Assembly (NCBI GenBank): GCA_005222975.1
Contig: NJBI01000007.1
Coordinates: forward strand, 23,752-87,751
Length of the DNA: 64,000 nucleotides
Source: Promethearchaeota archaeon Loki_b31
Lineage (GTDB): Archaea > Asgardarchaeota > Lokiarchaeia > Sigyniarchaeales > SOKP01
Direction of reading: 5' to 3'
The position numbers and the translations under genes were made by a program. Shown here in pieces: positions 10,451-20,362 of this stretch. The notes under the pieces are model-generated. The model worked only from the letters and a program-made list of their open reading frames with translations, made no database searches and was not told where the DNA came from. Every line of letters begins with the position of its first letter. The stretch's first letter is position 1.

Positions 10451-12280
10451 ATGGTCACAGAAACAAATAATTCTAATTTGGGTTTTATATCTGCTGTTAA
10501 TGGATCATTAGTGGAGGTTAAAGGATTAGAAAATCAGGTTCGGCTTCATGATTTAATTAAGATTAGTAACTATAACATTATTTGTCAGGTAATTCAAATC
10601 TACTCGGATCATGTAATAGCCCAATCTTTTGAAAGTACTAATAGTATAAAATTAAACGATAAAGCAATTAATCTTAACGAACCTTTATCGATGGAGTTAG
10701 CACCAGGTTTATTAGCAAATGTTTTTGATGGAATTCAGAGACCTTTAGATCTTACTTTCAGCCACTTTAAAGAAGGAAGATTAAGAAGAGGCCTTGAATT
10801 TCCTTCTTTATCAAGGACAAAAAAATGGCATTTTATTCCATCGAGAAAAATAAATGGTTCTTTAAGTACTGGAGATGAAATTGGGACCGTTCAAGAAACA
10901 TCCTTTTTTAAACATAAAATAATGATTCCTCCTGAAAATTCTGGTATTTTATCGTTTATTGTTGACGAAGGTGATTATACAATTATCGATGAGATATATA
11001 CCTTAAGAAAGGAGAATGTAGATAAATCTTTTAGTATGTTACAAAAATGGCCAGTCACTATGAGCAAACCTTATAGCGAAAAAAATCAACCTAGCGAACC
11101 TTTACTAACTGGCTTGCGTATTGTAGATCTATTGTTTCCTGTAGCAAAAGGTGGTACTTTTGCGGTTCCAGGAGGGTTTGGAACTGGTAAAACAATTATT
11201 TCACAACATATAGCTAAATTTTGTAACGCAGATGTCGTTCTATATATAGGATGCGGGGAGCCTGGCAATGAGATTGCAAATTTTCTAAAACAATTCGCGG
11301 AAACTATTGATCCTAAAACGGGAAGACCTTTATTAGAACATATTGTTCTTATTGCCAACACTTCAAATATGCCCGTGTCTGCTCGCGAAGCAAGTCTTTT
11401 TTCAGGTATTACAATCGCAGAATATTATAGAGATATGGGGTACGATGTTGCCGTTGTAGCAGATAGTATTTCAAGATGGGCAGAATCTTTAAGAGAGATT
11501 TCAGGGCTATTAGAGGAAATGCCTGCTGAAGAAGGTTATCCTGCGTATTTGCCATCGAAACTATCAAGTTTTTTTGAGCGAGCTGGTGTTATTACAACTT
11601 TAGGATGTGATGCTTATGGTAGAAAAAAAAAAGGATCCATAACAATCATAGGATCGATATCTCCACCAGCGGGAGATTTTAGCGAACCGGTTACCGCAGC
11701 TACTAAACGTGTTGTTCAGGGGATTTGGGCTTTAGATCCTAAATTAGCATATCTAAAACATTATCCTGCAATTAGTTGGATCAGTTCATACTCCAATTAT
11801 CCTGAGTATGTAGCAGAATGGTGGCGCGAGAGAGACATTGTTTGGCCTGAGATAAATTTAAACTGGTTTGAGTGTAGAAAACAAGTAAATGAGATTTTAG
11901 CAAAAGAAAACGAGTTGAAATATCTTATCCAGCTACTAGGACTAAAAAATTTAGCTGAAGATCAAAGGTTAGAAATTTTTACGGCAAATCTAATAAGAAA
12001 TGCAATTTTAATTCAAAATGCTTTCAACGTAGTAGATAGTTATACGAGTAGTAGAAAATTGTTAGGGTTAGTAAAGGTAATACTTTTATTATATAATAAA
12101 AGTAGATCACTCGTAAAACGAGGTTTTCTAATTGATGAGAAGAAGTGCGATGAAGTTCTCATTGAGGTTATGAAAATTAGTCATTATGTTCCTAATGAAA
12201 ATTTTGAACAAATTGAAGAGCTAAGGGATAAAATTAATAATGAATCTTTAGGTTTAGTTTTTAATGTTCATCGAAGATAG
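10451..12280 (+). CDS. atpA: A/V-type ATP synthase subunit A, second paralog with GEPGNE variant
   Basis: Full-length paralog of 3683..5524; GGFGTGKT intact; GCGEPGNE replaces GCGERGNE. Confidence 0.93.
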   Translation: MVTETNNSNLGFISAVNGSLVEVKGLENQVRLHDLIKISNYNIICQVIQIYSDHVIAQSFESTNSIKLNDKAINLNEPLSMELAPGLLANVFDGIQRPLDLTFSHFKEGRLRRGLEFPSLSRTKKWHFIPSRKINGSLSTGDEIGTVQETSFFKHKIMIPPENSGILSFIVDEGDYTIIDEIYTLRKENVDKSFSMLQKWPVTMSKPYSEKNQPSEPLLTGLRIVDLLFPVAKGGTFAVPGGFGTGKTIISQHIAKFCNADVVLYIGCGEPGNEIANFLKQFAETIDPKTGRPLLEHIVLIANTSNMPVSAREASLFSGITIAEYYRDMGYDVAVVADSISRWAESLREISGLLEEMPAEEGYPAYLPSKLSSFFERAGVITTLGCDAYGRKKKGSITIIGSISPPAGDFSEPVTAATKRVVQGIWALDPKLAYLKHYPAISWISSYSNYPEYVAEWWRERDIVWPEINLNWFECRKQVNEILAKENELKYLIQLLGLKNLAEDQRLEIFTANLIRNAILIQNAFNVVDSYTSSRKLLGLVKVILLLYNKSRSLVKRGFLIDEKKCDEVLIEVMKISHYVPNENFEQIEELRDKINNESLGLVFNVHRR

Positions 12281-12308
12281 TAAACCTATCATCAATTTTT
12301 AAGGTTTA
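12281..12308. terminator. inverted repeat between convergent atpA2 and endA
   Basis: TAAACCT (12281-12287) and AGGTTTA (12302-12308) enclosing a T-run in the 36-bp gap between convergent stops. Confidence 0.3.
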
Positions 12309-12316
12309 TCTGCGTC

Positions 12317-12919
12317 TCAGGGTTTGAACCATTCAAAGAAGTAATAACTCATTGTTAGTGGATTGGCGATTACAAATTTCTTCCTTACAGAGGTCGCTAA
12401 CCTTCCAGCTCGAACCATATCAATCGCAGTTATTTTTGCATCATGAGGTAATACATGAGCAATAAATGCTGAATGCTCTAACCCCGGTCCTTTTTTATAC
12501 ACTACAAAATCAGCGCCAAATTTTAGCCCTGGACGAGGAATGTATCCCTTTTTCCTTAAATCTTGATAAATAATATATTTTTCTTCAAATTTATGATGTA
12601 TTTTTTTTCCTATTTCGTGAAATTCTTTGGGAGAAAGGTACTTATCGCTCTTAGCGTCAAATATAGTAATTTTTTCTTTTTCTAACAAGTAAAGTGCTTC
12701 AATTAGGGATAATTCCGATGGTTTAGAGAAATATTCTAAACGGGGTTTACTAATCCCGAGAGGAGACCCAAAAAACTTTTGTTTAACGTACAAATAGGAA
12801 GCAAACAAAGGATTAAACACAATTACGCGATTATTAATAAATTTAGTTGGAATCTTTTCTGGGATATCGTCGTCGTTTATATCCTCTAGCGAAATGGGAG
12901 GCTCTTTTTCTTTACTCAT
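12317..12919 (-). CDS. endA: tRNA-splicing (intron) endonuclease catalytic subunit
   Basis: GLKFGADFVVYKKGPGLEHS and RLATSVRKK give the Tyr-His-Lys triad; LSLIEALYL N-terminal motif. Confidence 0.95.
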   Translation of the reverse strand: MSKEKEPPISLEDINDDDIPEKIPTKFINNRVIVFNPLFASYLYVKQKFFGSPLGISKPRLEYFSKPSELSLIEALYLLEKEKITIFDAKSDKYLSPKEFHEIGKKIHHKFEEKYIIYQDLRKKGYIPRPGLKFGADFVVYKKGPGLEHSAFIAHVLPHDAKITAIDMVRAGRLATSVRKKFVIANPLTMSYYFFEWFKP

Positions 12920-13044
12920 CTAATTAGATGTATAACCGATAATTTAATAATTCTTCCAATTTAACGAACAATAGATATAATTATATAAATTTTTAAAACA
13001 ATTGTTTTAATAGAATAATTTAAATCATTCAATCAAAATTAAAT

Positions 13045-13953
13045 TTGGTATTAAGAGAATCTTCTGCCGCGGGAATTTATTATCCACGATCCAAATCGGA
13101 TTTAATTAAAATGTTAGAAGAATCCTTTTTAGATAAAGAATTTGGACCAAGTGAAAAATTCGACTCTTTAAACCAAAAAACAAGAACAATATTTGGTGGA
13201 TTATCTCCACACGGGGGTTATGTTTATTCTGGTAGCTGTGCGGCGCATACATATTTACATTTGTTTAAGGAAAAAATCCCCGATACTGTTGTAATATTAG
13301 CCACTGAAGATTTAGGATATAACAACATTGCTTTATTAGAAGTAGGCGAATGGGAAACTCCGTTAGGTAACCTAGAGGTTGATAGTGATTTGTCTCAAAA
13401 ATTGCTAAAAACGAGTAGCATGGTTAAAGGAGATGATTCTGCTTTTGTTGGATTTCCCTTTGGAAGAGAGTATTATATTGATGTACAATTGCCGTTTATT
13501 AAATATTGTGCGTTAAAGAGAGAGATAAAAATCTTGCCAATTATTATTTCTATAATGGATTATGATAAATTAGATAAATTATCCAAAGATATCGCGAGAG
13601 TAGTCCAATCCTTAAACAAAGATATAGTATTTATAGGTTCTACAGATATGAGTCATATTATTTGTAAAGATGAATTTACTGCTGGATTTAAAGTGCAAGA
13701 AATGCTCTTAGCAGATAAATCTGTAATCAAATCGTTTACAAAATTTAACCCAAAGAAGACTTTTTTTGATGCGTCAAGATTTTCTATAAAAGGGCCACAA
13801 ATTCTTACCACATTAATGCTAATATGTAAAAGGATGGGTGCAAACGAATGTAGAGCATTAAATTATTACACTAGTTATGACAAGGGTGGAGGATCTGGTC
13901 CATGTAAATATAATGCAGGATATTTTTCGGGGATAATTATAAAAGATATTTAA
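13045..13953 (+). CDS. MEMO1/AmrB family protein, degenerate paralog
   Basis: AGIYYP, PHGGYVYSG, WETPLG, STDMSH present; other metal-site motifs altered. Confidence 0.85.
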   Translation: MVLRESSAAGIYYPRSKSDLIKMLEESFLDKEFGPSEKFDSLNQKTRTIFGGLSPHGGYVYSGSCAAHTYLHLFKEKIPDTVVILATEDLGYNNIALLEVGEWETPLGNLEVDSDLSQKLLKTSSMVKGDDSAFVGFPFGREYYIDVQLPFIKYCALKREIKILPIIISIMDYDKLDKLSKDIARVVQSLNKDIVFIGSTDMSHIICKDEFTAGFKVQEMLLADKSVIKSFTKFNPKKTFFDASRFSIKGPQILTTLMLICKRMGANECRALNYYTSYDKGGGSGPCKYNAGYFSGIIIKDI

Positions 13954-13984
13954 TAGAAAAATAACAATAATTATTTAGAAGAAG

Positions 13985-14875
13985 GTGACAAAATTGGTTA
14001 TAAGAAAAGCATCACATGCGGGAAGTTGGTACCCTGGTAAAAAAGAGGATTTAATAAAAAACCTAGAATATGCTTTTTCTGAAAAAGAGTTTGGGCCAGG
14101 AAAATTACCTGAAACGCTAAATCAAGATAGTAGGAATATTATTGGAGGTGTATCTCCTCATGCGGGATATACTTTTTCTGGAAGATGTGCTGCCTTTACG
14201 TATTTAAACTTATTTAAAGAAAGAATCCCGGATACAGTTATCGTATTAGGGACTGATCATGTTGGCTATGGAAAGGTGGCCCTATTAGGAGATGGAGCTT
14301 GGGAAACGCCTTTAGGAAACTTACAAATTGACGATGAATTATCTAAAAAGATTTTAGATACAAGTGAAATTATTGTTGAAGATCGTTCTGCCTTCACCGG
14401 CTTCATGGAACAAGAACACAATATTGAAATACAATTACCTTTCATTAAATATTGTGCTAAAGATAAAGATGTAAAAATAGTAACACTAAAAATAGGAATT
14501 AGAAGGGATTATAGCGTATTTGAAAAAATAGCATCTGATATTTCTGCAGCAATTAAGGCGTTAAATAAAGATATTGTTCTTGTAGCATCGTCTGATATGT
14601 CACATAAAGAGGTTTTTGATAAAAATCAATTAAGTGAGTTTAAGAAATTTGATCAAGATGTTATTGATGCTTTTGTAGAATTTAATCCTAAAAAAACTCT
14701 TTCAGCTGCTTCAAAAACAACCGTATGCGGAGCCCAAACAATAACGACTTTAATGTTAATTTGTGAAAAATTAAACGCAACTAAAGGTGAATTGTTAAAA
14801 TATTATACTAGTAGCGATATTAGGGGAGGATATGGATATTGTGTTGGTTATTTTTCGGGGATTATAGTAAAATAA
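13985..14875 (+). CDS. amrB: MEMO1 family / AmmeMemoRadiSam system protein B
   Basis: HAGSWYP, PHAGYTFSG, GTDH, WETPLG, EHNIEIQLPF, SSDMSH, TVCG, VGY. Confidence 0.92.
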   Translation: MTKLVIRKASHAGSWYPGKKEDLIKNLEYAFSEKEFGPGKLPETLNQDSRNIIGGVSPHAGYTFSGRCAAFTYLNLFKERIPDTVIVLGTDHVGYGKVALLGDGAWETPLGNLQIDDELSKKILDTSEIIVEDRSAFTGFMEQEHNIEIQLPFIKYCAKDKDVKIVTLKIGIRRDYSVFEKIASDISAAIKALNKDIVLVASSDMSHKEVFDKNQLSEFKKFDQDVIDAFVEFNPKKTLSAASKTTVCGAQTITTLMLICEKLNATKGELLKYYTSSDIRGGYGYCVGYFSGIIVK

Positions 14876-14911
14876 TATAAAAATAAAAAAACTAAAATTG
14901 AAGAAAAAATT

Positions 14912-16033
14912 TTGAGAAATATGTCAGAGGAAAACGAGGAGAAAGTTGAAGACTTCATCTCTCTTTGGAAAAAAAAACACACAACAGAAAATCAATCTTC
15001 TGTAATTGGAGAGTCACTAAAAAAAATTGAATCATTACAAAAAGAAAACGAAGATTTAAGAAAAAAAATTGCTGCTAATATTAATTTGATAACCCGGTCT
15101 GAGGAAATCCTTAAAAATGTTGTTGCTGAAAAAGAAAAATTAAAAGTAGAGAAAGAAGAGGCGGTAACTGAAATAAGCATAAAAGTGAACGAATTAAAGG
15201 TCGAAAATTCAGAGCTTAGTAGTAAAGTAAAAAGTATGATAAAACTCTTGCTAGAAAAGGACGAAGAAATTAAAGCCAAAGATAGTCTAATATCTGATCT
15301 GCAAAAAACGAGAATTTCTACTTCAGTACCAACAACTCCAGTAAATAACGCGTTGGTTGAGGAGCTGCAATCTGATTTAAATAAAAGAAAATCTAATGTA
15401 ACAAATCTAGAGTCAAAAATTTTATTATTATCGGAAGAGATTAACTCCCTAAATAGACAATTAATTGAAAAAATGAAAGGCGAGCCTGTAGATTTCGTAA
15501 TTCAAGCAGAACCTCCTAAACCTCCAGAACCTCCCGTTATCAAACCACTCCCTCCTGAACCGTCGTTAAAGCCGCTTGAAGCATTATGTAAAGATCTGCA
15601 ATCTGATTTAACCAAATATAAACGAGTGATTGAAAAATTAACCAAAGAGAAATCGCAACTTAAGAATGCTTTAGAAGAAAAAGGATTCCAATTTAGCTCT
15701 CAAGATTTGGAATCATTGAAAGAAGAAAATGTATCCCTTAAAAAAGATCTTGAAAAATTACAAAGTTCTCTTGTGGTTGAGAGAATAGAAGCAACGCAGG
15801 TTGCCACCCAAAAAGTCGAACAAAAAATAAAAGACCTTGAAAGTAAAATACAAGAAAGGGAAGCTATAATAGTAGACTTAAAGTTATCACAAATGGCCCC
15901 AACTACGGTTTCTGCTGGTTCAATGACAGAATTAGTCGAAAATCTACAGAAAAATATAAACAAATTAAAATCAATTATTACTGAGAAAGATATAATAATT
16001 TCAGAATTAAATAAACAAGTTAATCAAATGTAG
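14912..16033 (+). CDS. long coiled-coil protein with proline-rich linker
   Basis: Heptad-rich E/K/L sequence; EPPKPPEPPVIKPLPPEP insert; repeated LQSDL motif. Confidence 0.8.
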   Translation: MRNMSEENEEKVEDFISLWKKKHTTENQSSVIGESLKKIESLQKENEDLRKKIAANINLITRSEEILKNVVAEKEKLKVEKEEAVTEISIKVNELKVENSELSSKVKSMIKLLLEKDEEIKAKDSLISDLQKTRISTSVPTTPVNNALVEELQSDLNKRKSNVTNLESKILLLSEEINSLNRQLIEKMKGEPVDFVIQAEPPKPPEPPVIKPLPPEPSLKPLEALCKDLQSDLTKYKRVIEKLTKEKSQLKNALEEKGFQFSSQDLESLKEENVSLKKDLEKLQSSLVVERIEATQVATQKVEQKIKDLESKIQEREAIIVDLKLSQMAPTTVSAGSMTELVENLQKNINKLKSIITEKDIIISELNKQVNQM

Positions 16034-16155
16034 TTAATTGATTTTTTGCAAATTTATTAAGTCTTGTCTCATTTTTAAGAATGAAGTTCTTTCTTAAATA
16101 GATTTTATTTTAAACCATAACCAAAAGTTTCAAATATTATAATTAAGTAAGTTCT

Positions 16156-17166
16156 TTGTGCGATAAGAAATTAAATGAAGAAAAGATGGCTATTCTTAAG
16201 AAAAATTCGTTATCATTTTTATTCATTGGACACATAGCTATCGACAGTATTATTCGATTTAAACAAAAACGAAAACCATCTTTAGGTGGAAGTGTTACTT
16301 TTGGCTCGTTAGGGCTTAGAAAATATACAAAGTCAACAAAGATTGGTATTATCTCAAATTTAGGAATTATAAATTTTGATAAATCGTTGTTAAAACATTT
16401 TGATAACAAGTCTATAGATATTAGCGGTGTGAAATCGTTTGAGACCGAGAATACTAATTTTGTATTAGATTATTCAAATCATTCAAGAACACTAACCCTC
16501 AAATCTAGAAGTCCTAATCTAAGATTTGAAGATATCCCTGAATTTTATAAAACCAACCTTCCGAATATTATCGTGTTAGTTCCTTTATGTAATGAAGTTT
16601 CTTATGAATATGTATCAAAAATATTAGTAGAATTTCCAAATGCTTTTATTGGAATTGATTTACAAGGATTTATTAGAAATATTGATGATGATGGGAAAAT
16701 ATCTTACATCTCAGATGAAGCAATTATTGCTAACATGAAAAAAATAATTAGCTTAATAGGTGATCGATTAATTCTAAAAGGGTCTGAGATTGAAATGAAA
16801 TTATTATCTGGTGAAGCAGACCTACAAAAAGTAATGGAATTCTTTAAGAAATTTGAAAATAAGGCTATATTCATCATGACACTGGGAGAAGGAGGATCAA
16901 TGATATTAAAGAATGGAGAAAAACTGTTAAAAATCCCAGCTTTTAAACCAAAAACTGTTGTGGATGAAACTGGAGCAGGGGATGTATATTTAGCAGTTTT
17001 TGTATATGAACTAATCAATTCTGATAAGTCATGGAATGCGGTTGAAAGTGCAGGATACATCGCATCAGCGGCAGCATCTTTTTTAATTGAAAAGAAAGGT
17101 CCTACGGGGTTTGAAACAAAAAATAAAGTTTTAAAAAGAATAGAAAGTAAAAATTATGTCAATTAA
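16156..17166 (+). CDS. PfkB/ribokinase-family carbohydrate kinase
   Basis: GHIAID, LGGSVTF, DLQG, TLGEGGS, DETGAGDVY anion-hole motif. Confidence 0.92.
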   Translation: MCDKKLNEEKMAILKKNSLSFLFIGHIAIDSIIRFKQKRKPSLGGSVTFGSLGLRKYTKSTKIGIISNLGIINFDKSLLKHFDNKSIDISGVKSFETENTNFVLDYSNHSRTLTLKSRSPNLRFEDIPEFYKTNLPNIIVLVPLCNEVSYEYVSKILVEFPNAFIGIDLQGFIRNIDDDGKISYISDEAIIANMKKIISLIGDRLILKGSEIEMKLLSGEADLQKVMEFFKKFENKAIFIMTLGEGGSMILKNGEKLLKIPAFKPKTVVDETGAGDVYLAVFVYELINSDKSWNAVESAGYIASAAASFLIEKKGPTGFETKNKVLKRIESKNYVN

Positions 17167-17186
17167 TTACCTTTAAGGATCATACT

Positions 17187-17780
17187 ATGCATATAAATAC
17201 TCATTTGGGAATAGGGATAATATTAGCCTCAATTTTGAACTATTTTTTCAATTTTTCTTTGTTTGAATATTTCCTCATCCTTTTACTTTCTTTTATCTGT
17301 GATTTCGATGTCTTTTTTTCTCAATTTGCTAAAAATCATAATCACAGAATGCTTATTTCACATTCAATAATACCTAGTCTCTTTATCATAGTAATTGGAG
17401 TAATTACTAATTGGCCCGCCTTGTACTTCAGTGGTATCGCATATTCTATGCATATCGTTATAGATACTTTTGATTGGGGCACTAATTTTTTCTACTTTCA
17501 AAAAAAACAAGTTGGATTAAAACTATTAATATCAAAAGAAGAATTTAACAATCTTCCTAAATACTTGGCTAAATATAAAAAACCCGAAACCTTTTTTGAT
17601 GAAAAATATTATAGTAGTAAGATTTGTTTAGGAATTGAAGTTATTTTATTTGTACTTATGGTAATATTCATGATTATTTTTGCGTTTCAATATATTTTTC
17701 TTATATTCATTTATTTTATTTTTTTATGTTTCCATTTGTATAGACACTTTCGATTAAAAAGAATTGAATCTTCAGATTAA
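17187..17780 (+). CDS. membrane-bound metal-dependent hydrolase (YdjM-like)
   Basis: TH, DFD, HRMLISHS, HIVID motifs with TM helices. Confidence 0.75.
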   Translation: MHINTHLGIGIILASILNYFFNFSLFEYFLILLLSFICDFDVFFSQFAKNHNHRMLISHSIIPSLFIIVIGVITNWPALYFSGIAYSMHIVIDTFDWGTNFFYFQKKQVGLKLLISKEEFNNLPKYLAKYKKPETFFDEKYYSSKICLGIEVILFVLMVIFMIIFAFQYIFLIFIYFIFLCFHLYRHFRLKRIESSD

Positions 17781-17926
17781 TTTTAGCCAGAAAATAATCG
17801 ATTCCTATACCTTATAAATTAAATGAAAAAAATTTAAGAGTTAAATGTTAGTTTTAAATTATATCCCACAAAGTGGATGCAAATTAAACTAATTACTTAA
17901 AAAAATTAATATAAATGTGATCTTAT

Positions 17927-18364
17927 ATGTCTGAAGGAATGAAAACCAAAGTTGGATTGTCTTTAGAACAAGAAATGATATTTTCGTGCGACCTTGGGGA
18001 TATGGAAGTAAAAGATTGCTATGTGGACGATACACATAAGGATGAAGTTGACATGCTTGGTCCTAACCCTACAAGAATGTTAGGATTAGCCTTATTAGGT
18101 TGTTTGAGTGCTAGTTTTATCTTTTGTTTAAAAAAAAGAAATCTTACTTTAGACGATTTGAAAGCTGAAGCAGAACTAACAATTGCTCGAAACAAAAAAG
18201 GTTTCTGGAGAGTTAAAAAGATCGATGTCGAAATTGATATTAAAATTAGTGATCCTGACACTCGTAAAAGAGCAGATCAATGTAGAAAGATGTTCGAAGA
18301 ATACTGCGTTGTAACTCAAGCCGTTCGAGAAGGTATTGATGTTGAAGTGAATGTTAATTATTAA
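17927..18364 (+). CDS. OsmC/Ohr family protein
   Basis: GPNPTRMLGLALLGC and EEYCVVTQAV two-Cys signature. Confidence 0.9.
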   Translation: MSEGMKTKVGLSLEQEMIFSCDLGDMEVKDCYVDDTHKDEVDMLGPNPTRMLGLALLGCLSASFIFCLKKRNLTLDDLKAEAELTIARNKKGFWRVKKIDVEIDIKISDPDTRKRADQCRKMFEEYCVVTQAVREGIDVEVNVNY

Positions 18365-18442
18365 TTCTTTTTATTATTTCTTTTATAACTTTTTTAATTT
18401 GTGTATAAATTAGTTTCTTGAATAATAAATTAAGTACATAAT

Positions 18443-19456
18443 TTAATCGGTTATACCACCATCAGTTATTGAGAATACAGCTTCTCCTTCGGGTAAATGG
18501 GGGGCATCAACCATTTTTGCTACTCTCTGTTCTCCTTTTCCCTTTCTTAAATAAATTCTTATCGTAGCACCGTGGGCCATTATATGCCCTCCCGTATGAG
18601 TTGTTGGGTTTCCATAGAATACATCTGGTTTCGAAGAAACTTGGTTTGTAATCATTATTGCCAACTCGTCAAATATTTCTGTTAACCTTAATAAATCATG
18701 TATGTGAGTGTTGAGTATTTGTTGTCGATTTGCCAAAGTGCCCCTCCCTACATATTCGCTTCGAAAGTGCCCAATTATTGAATCTATAATTATTAGTTTG
18801 ATATTCCTTTCTTTAATTATCTTTGAAGCTTCTTGTGCTAGCAGGACTTGGTGATCAGAATTATAAGCTCTCCCAACAGTAATATTCCGTAAAACTTGAT
18901 TATGATCTAAATCTTTAGCTTCGGCCATTTGGACTATTCTTTCTGGTCTAAAAGTTCCTTCCGAATCGATATAAAGGGCATTACCTTCTAAACCTCCTTC
19001 TTCGTAGGGTAGTTGAACATTTACACAGAGTTGGTGCGCTATTTGGGTTTTTCCCGTCCTATATTCACCATAAAACTCAGTTAAAGAACCCGGTTCAATC
19101 CCTCCTGCTAATAATTCGTCTAATGTATGACTACTTGTTGTTAACCGATTCAAATGCTTTCTTTTTTCCCATATAATATCAGCGCTTTTAAATCCCATTT
19201 TTTCAATGTCTTGAGCAGCTTTAACAATTTTTTGAGCTGTTTTTTCTCCAATTCCCGCTTTCTCCATTAATTTAGAAATTGGATAAATTGCAAGATATTT
19301 GATCGAGACAATTCCTGCGTCCTTTAACTTTTTTATCGTAACATCTCCTACTCCCGGTAAATCCTTTAGTTCGTATTTTACCTCCGTTTTTATTGCGTCT
19401 TCACTGTTATTTTCTTCTAAATCAACTTTTTTTTTTGCCATGATTTTACCAAACAC
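18443..19456 (-). CDS. radA: DNA repair and recombination protein RadA
   Basis: N-terminal HhH (LKDLPGVG), GFKSA polymerisation motif, GEYRTGKTQ, FRPERI, FRSEYVGRG, YLRKGKG. Confidence 0.96.
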   Translation of the reverse strand: MFGKIMAKKKVDLEENNSEDAIKTEVKYELKDLPGVGDVTIKKLKDAGIVSIKYLAIYPISKLMEKAGIGEKTAQKIVKAAQDIEKMGFKSADIIWEKRKHLNRLTTSSHTLDELLAGGIEPGSLTEFYGEYRTGKTQIAHQLCVNVQLPYEEGGLEGNALYIDSEGTFRPERIVQMAEAKDLDHNQVLRNITVGRAYNSDHQVLLAQEASKIIKERNIKLIIIDSIIGHFRSEYVGRGTLANRQQILNTHIHDLLRLTEIFDELAIMITNQVSSKPDVFYGNPTTHTGGHIMAHGATIRIYLRKGKGEQRVAKMVDAPHLPEGEAVFSITDGGITD

Positions 19457-19542
19457 AAAATTAGTGTAATTTTAATTGTACTGTCAATAATTTATTGTTT
19501 AATAAATATAAAAATAATAACAAAAAAATAAAAAATATAAAG

Positions 19543-20232
19543 TTATTTCTTTTTCTGAACTTCCTTGCCGCTCTTAGTTATTAGTAGTAGTAGAACAAAT
19601 AATAGCACACTCATAAGAAATGTCAACATTGCCATCGCTCCCGGCAACCAAACGTAGCTTAAATAGAGAAAAGGTGGGATAAATAAACCAATTATGATAA
19701 TAAAAACTGGCAAAGGCACATCCTCACCCTTTAGATCTACGAATAATGGAACAATTACTAAACCAATCAAAACAGATGCTGTAACTCTAAAAGCAAACAA
19801 CATGGTGGAGTTTACCCAACCTTCAATTGCAAAAGCACTTGTGTAAGTGTCTGGTAAATAAAAAAACCAATATAGAGTAGTGTTAGTTTGCATTGTATCA
19901 AGAGATACTGGTAAAATCGCAGTAAGAATTAATTGTATTATAATTGCTAAAACTAAGTATAAAACAACATCATTAATTTCCTTTTTCTCTTTTGTTACGC
20001 CATATAAATCTCGTAATAAACAGAAAATCCAAAGAATAAATAATAATAAATATACGCCAAGAACATCAAATTGAAGAAACCATAAGACATTAATGGGTAT
20101 TAGAGCCACGATGTACGCTAGATAACCATATCTTTCGTTCCTCTTGAATAGATCAAAAAATAAAAAAACACCATATATTACGAAAAGAGTTGCTACAATT
20201 ATTATAGCATTTATTAGTTCAAATTCAGCCAC
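19543..20232 (-). CDS. polytopic membrane protein, unknown function
   Basis: About seven hydrophobic segments; SD-like AGGA upstream of GTG. Confidence 0.75.
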   Translation of the reverse strand: MAEFELINAIIIVATLFVIYGVFLFFDLFKRNERYGYLAYIVALIPINVLWFLQFDVLGVYLLLFILWIFCLLRDLYGVTKEKKEINDVVLYLVLAIIIQLILTAILPVSLDTMQTNTTLYWFFYLPDTYTSAFAIEGWVNSTMLFAFRVTASVLIGLVIVPLFVDLKGEDVPLPVFIIIIGLFIPPFLYLSYVWLPGAMAMLTFLMSVLLFVLLLLITKSGKEVQKKK

Positions 20233-20362
20233 TATAAAAACTTCCTTTTAATTAATTATTTTAATTTTATTAATAATAATATAACGACATGTTATTTTAA
20301 ATATAATTCCATTAGAAAGGATTTAAGTTTTAAAATAGTTTATTTTTTCTCCTTCTAATTAA

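Noticed and set aside
12317-13044. tRNA or other structural RNA gene near endA or in other intergenic gaps
   Set aside because: No GC-rich cloverleaf or T-loop context seen; gaps are AT-rich. A covariance-model scan was not possible.
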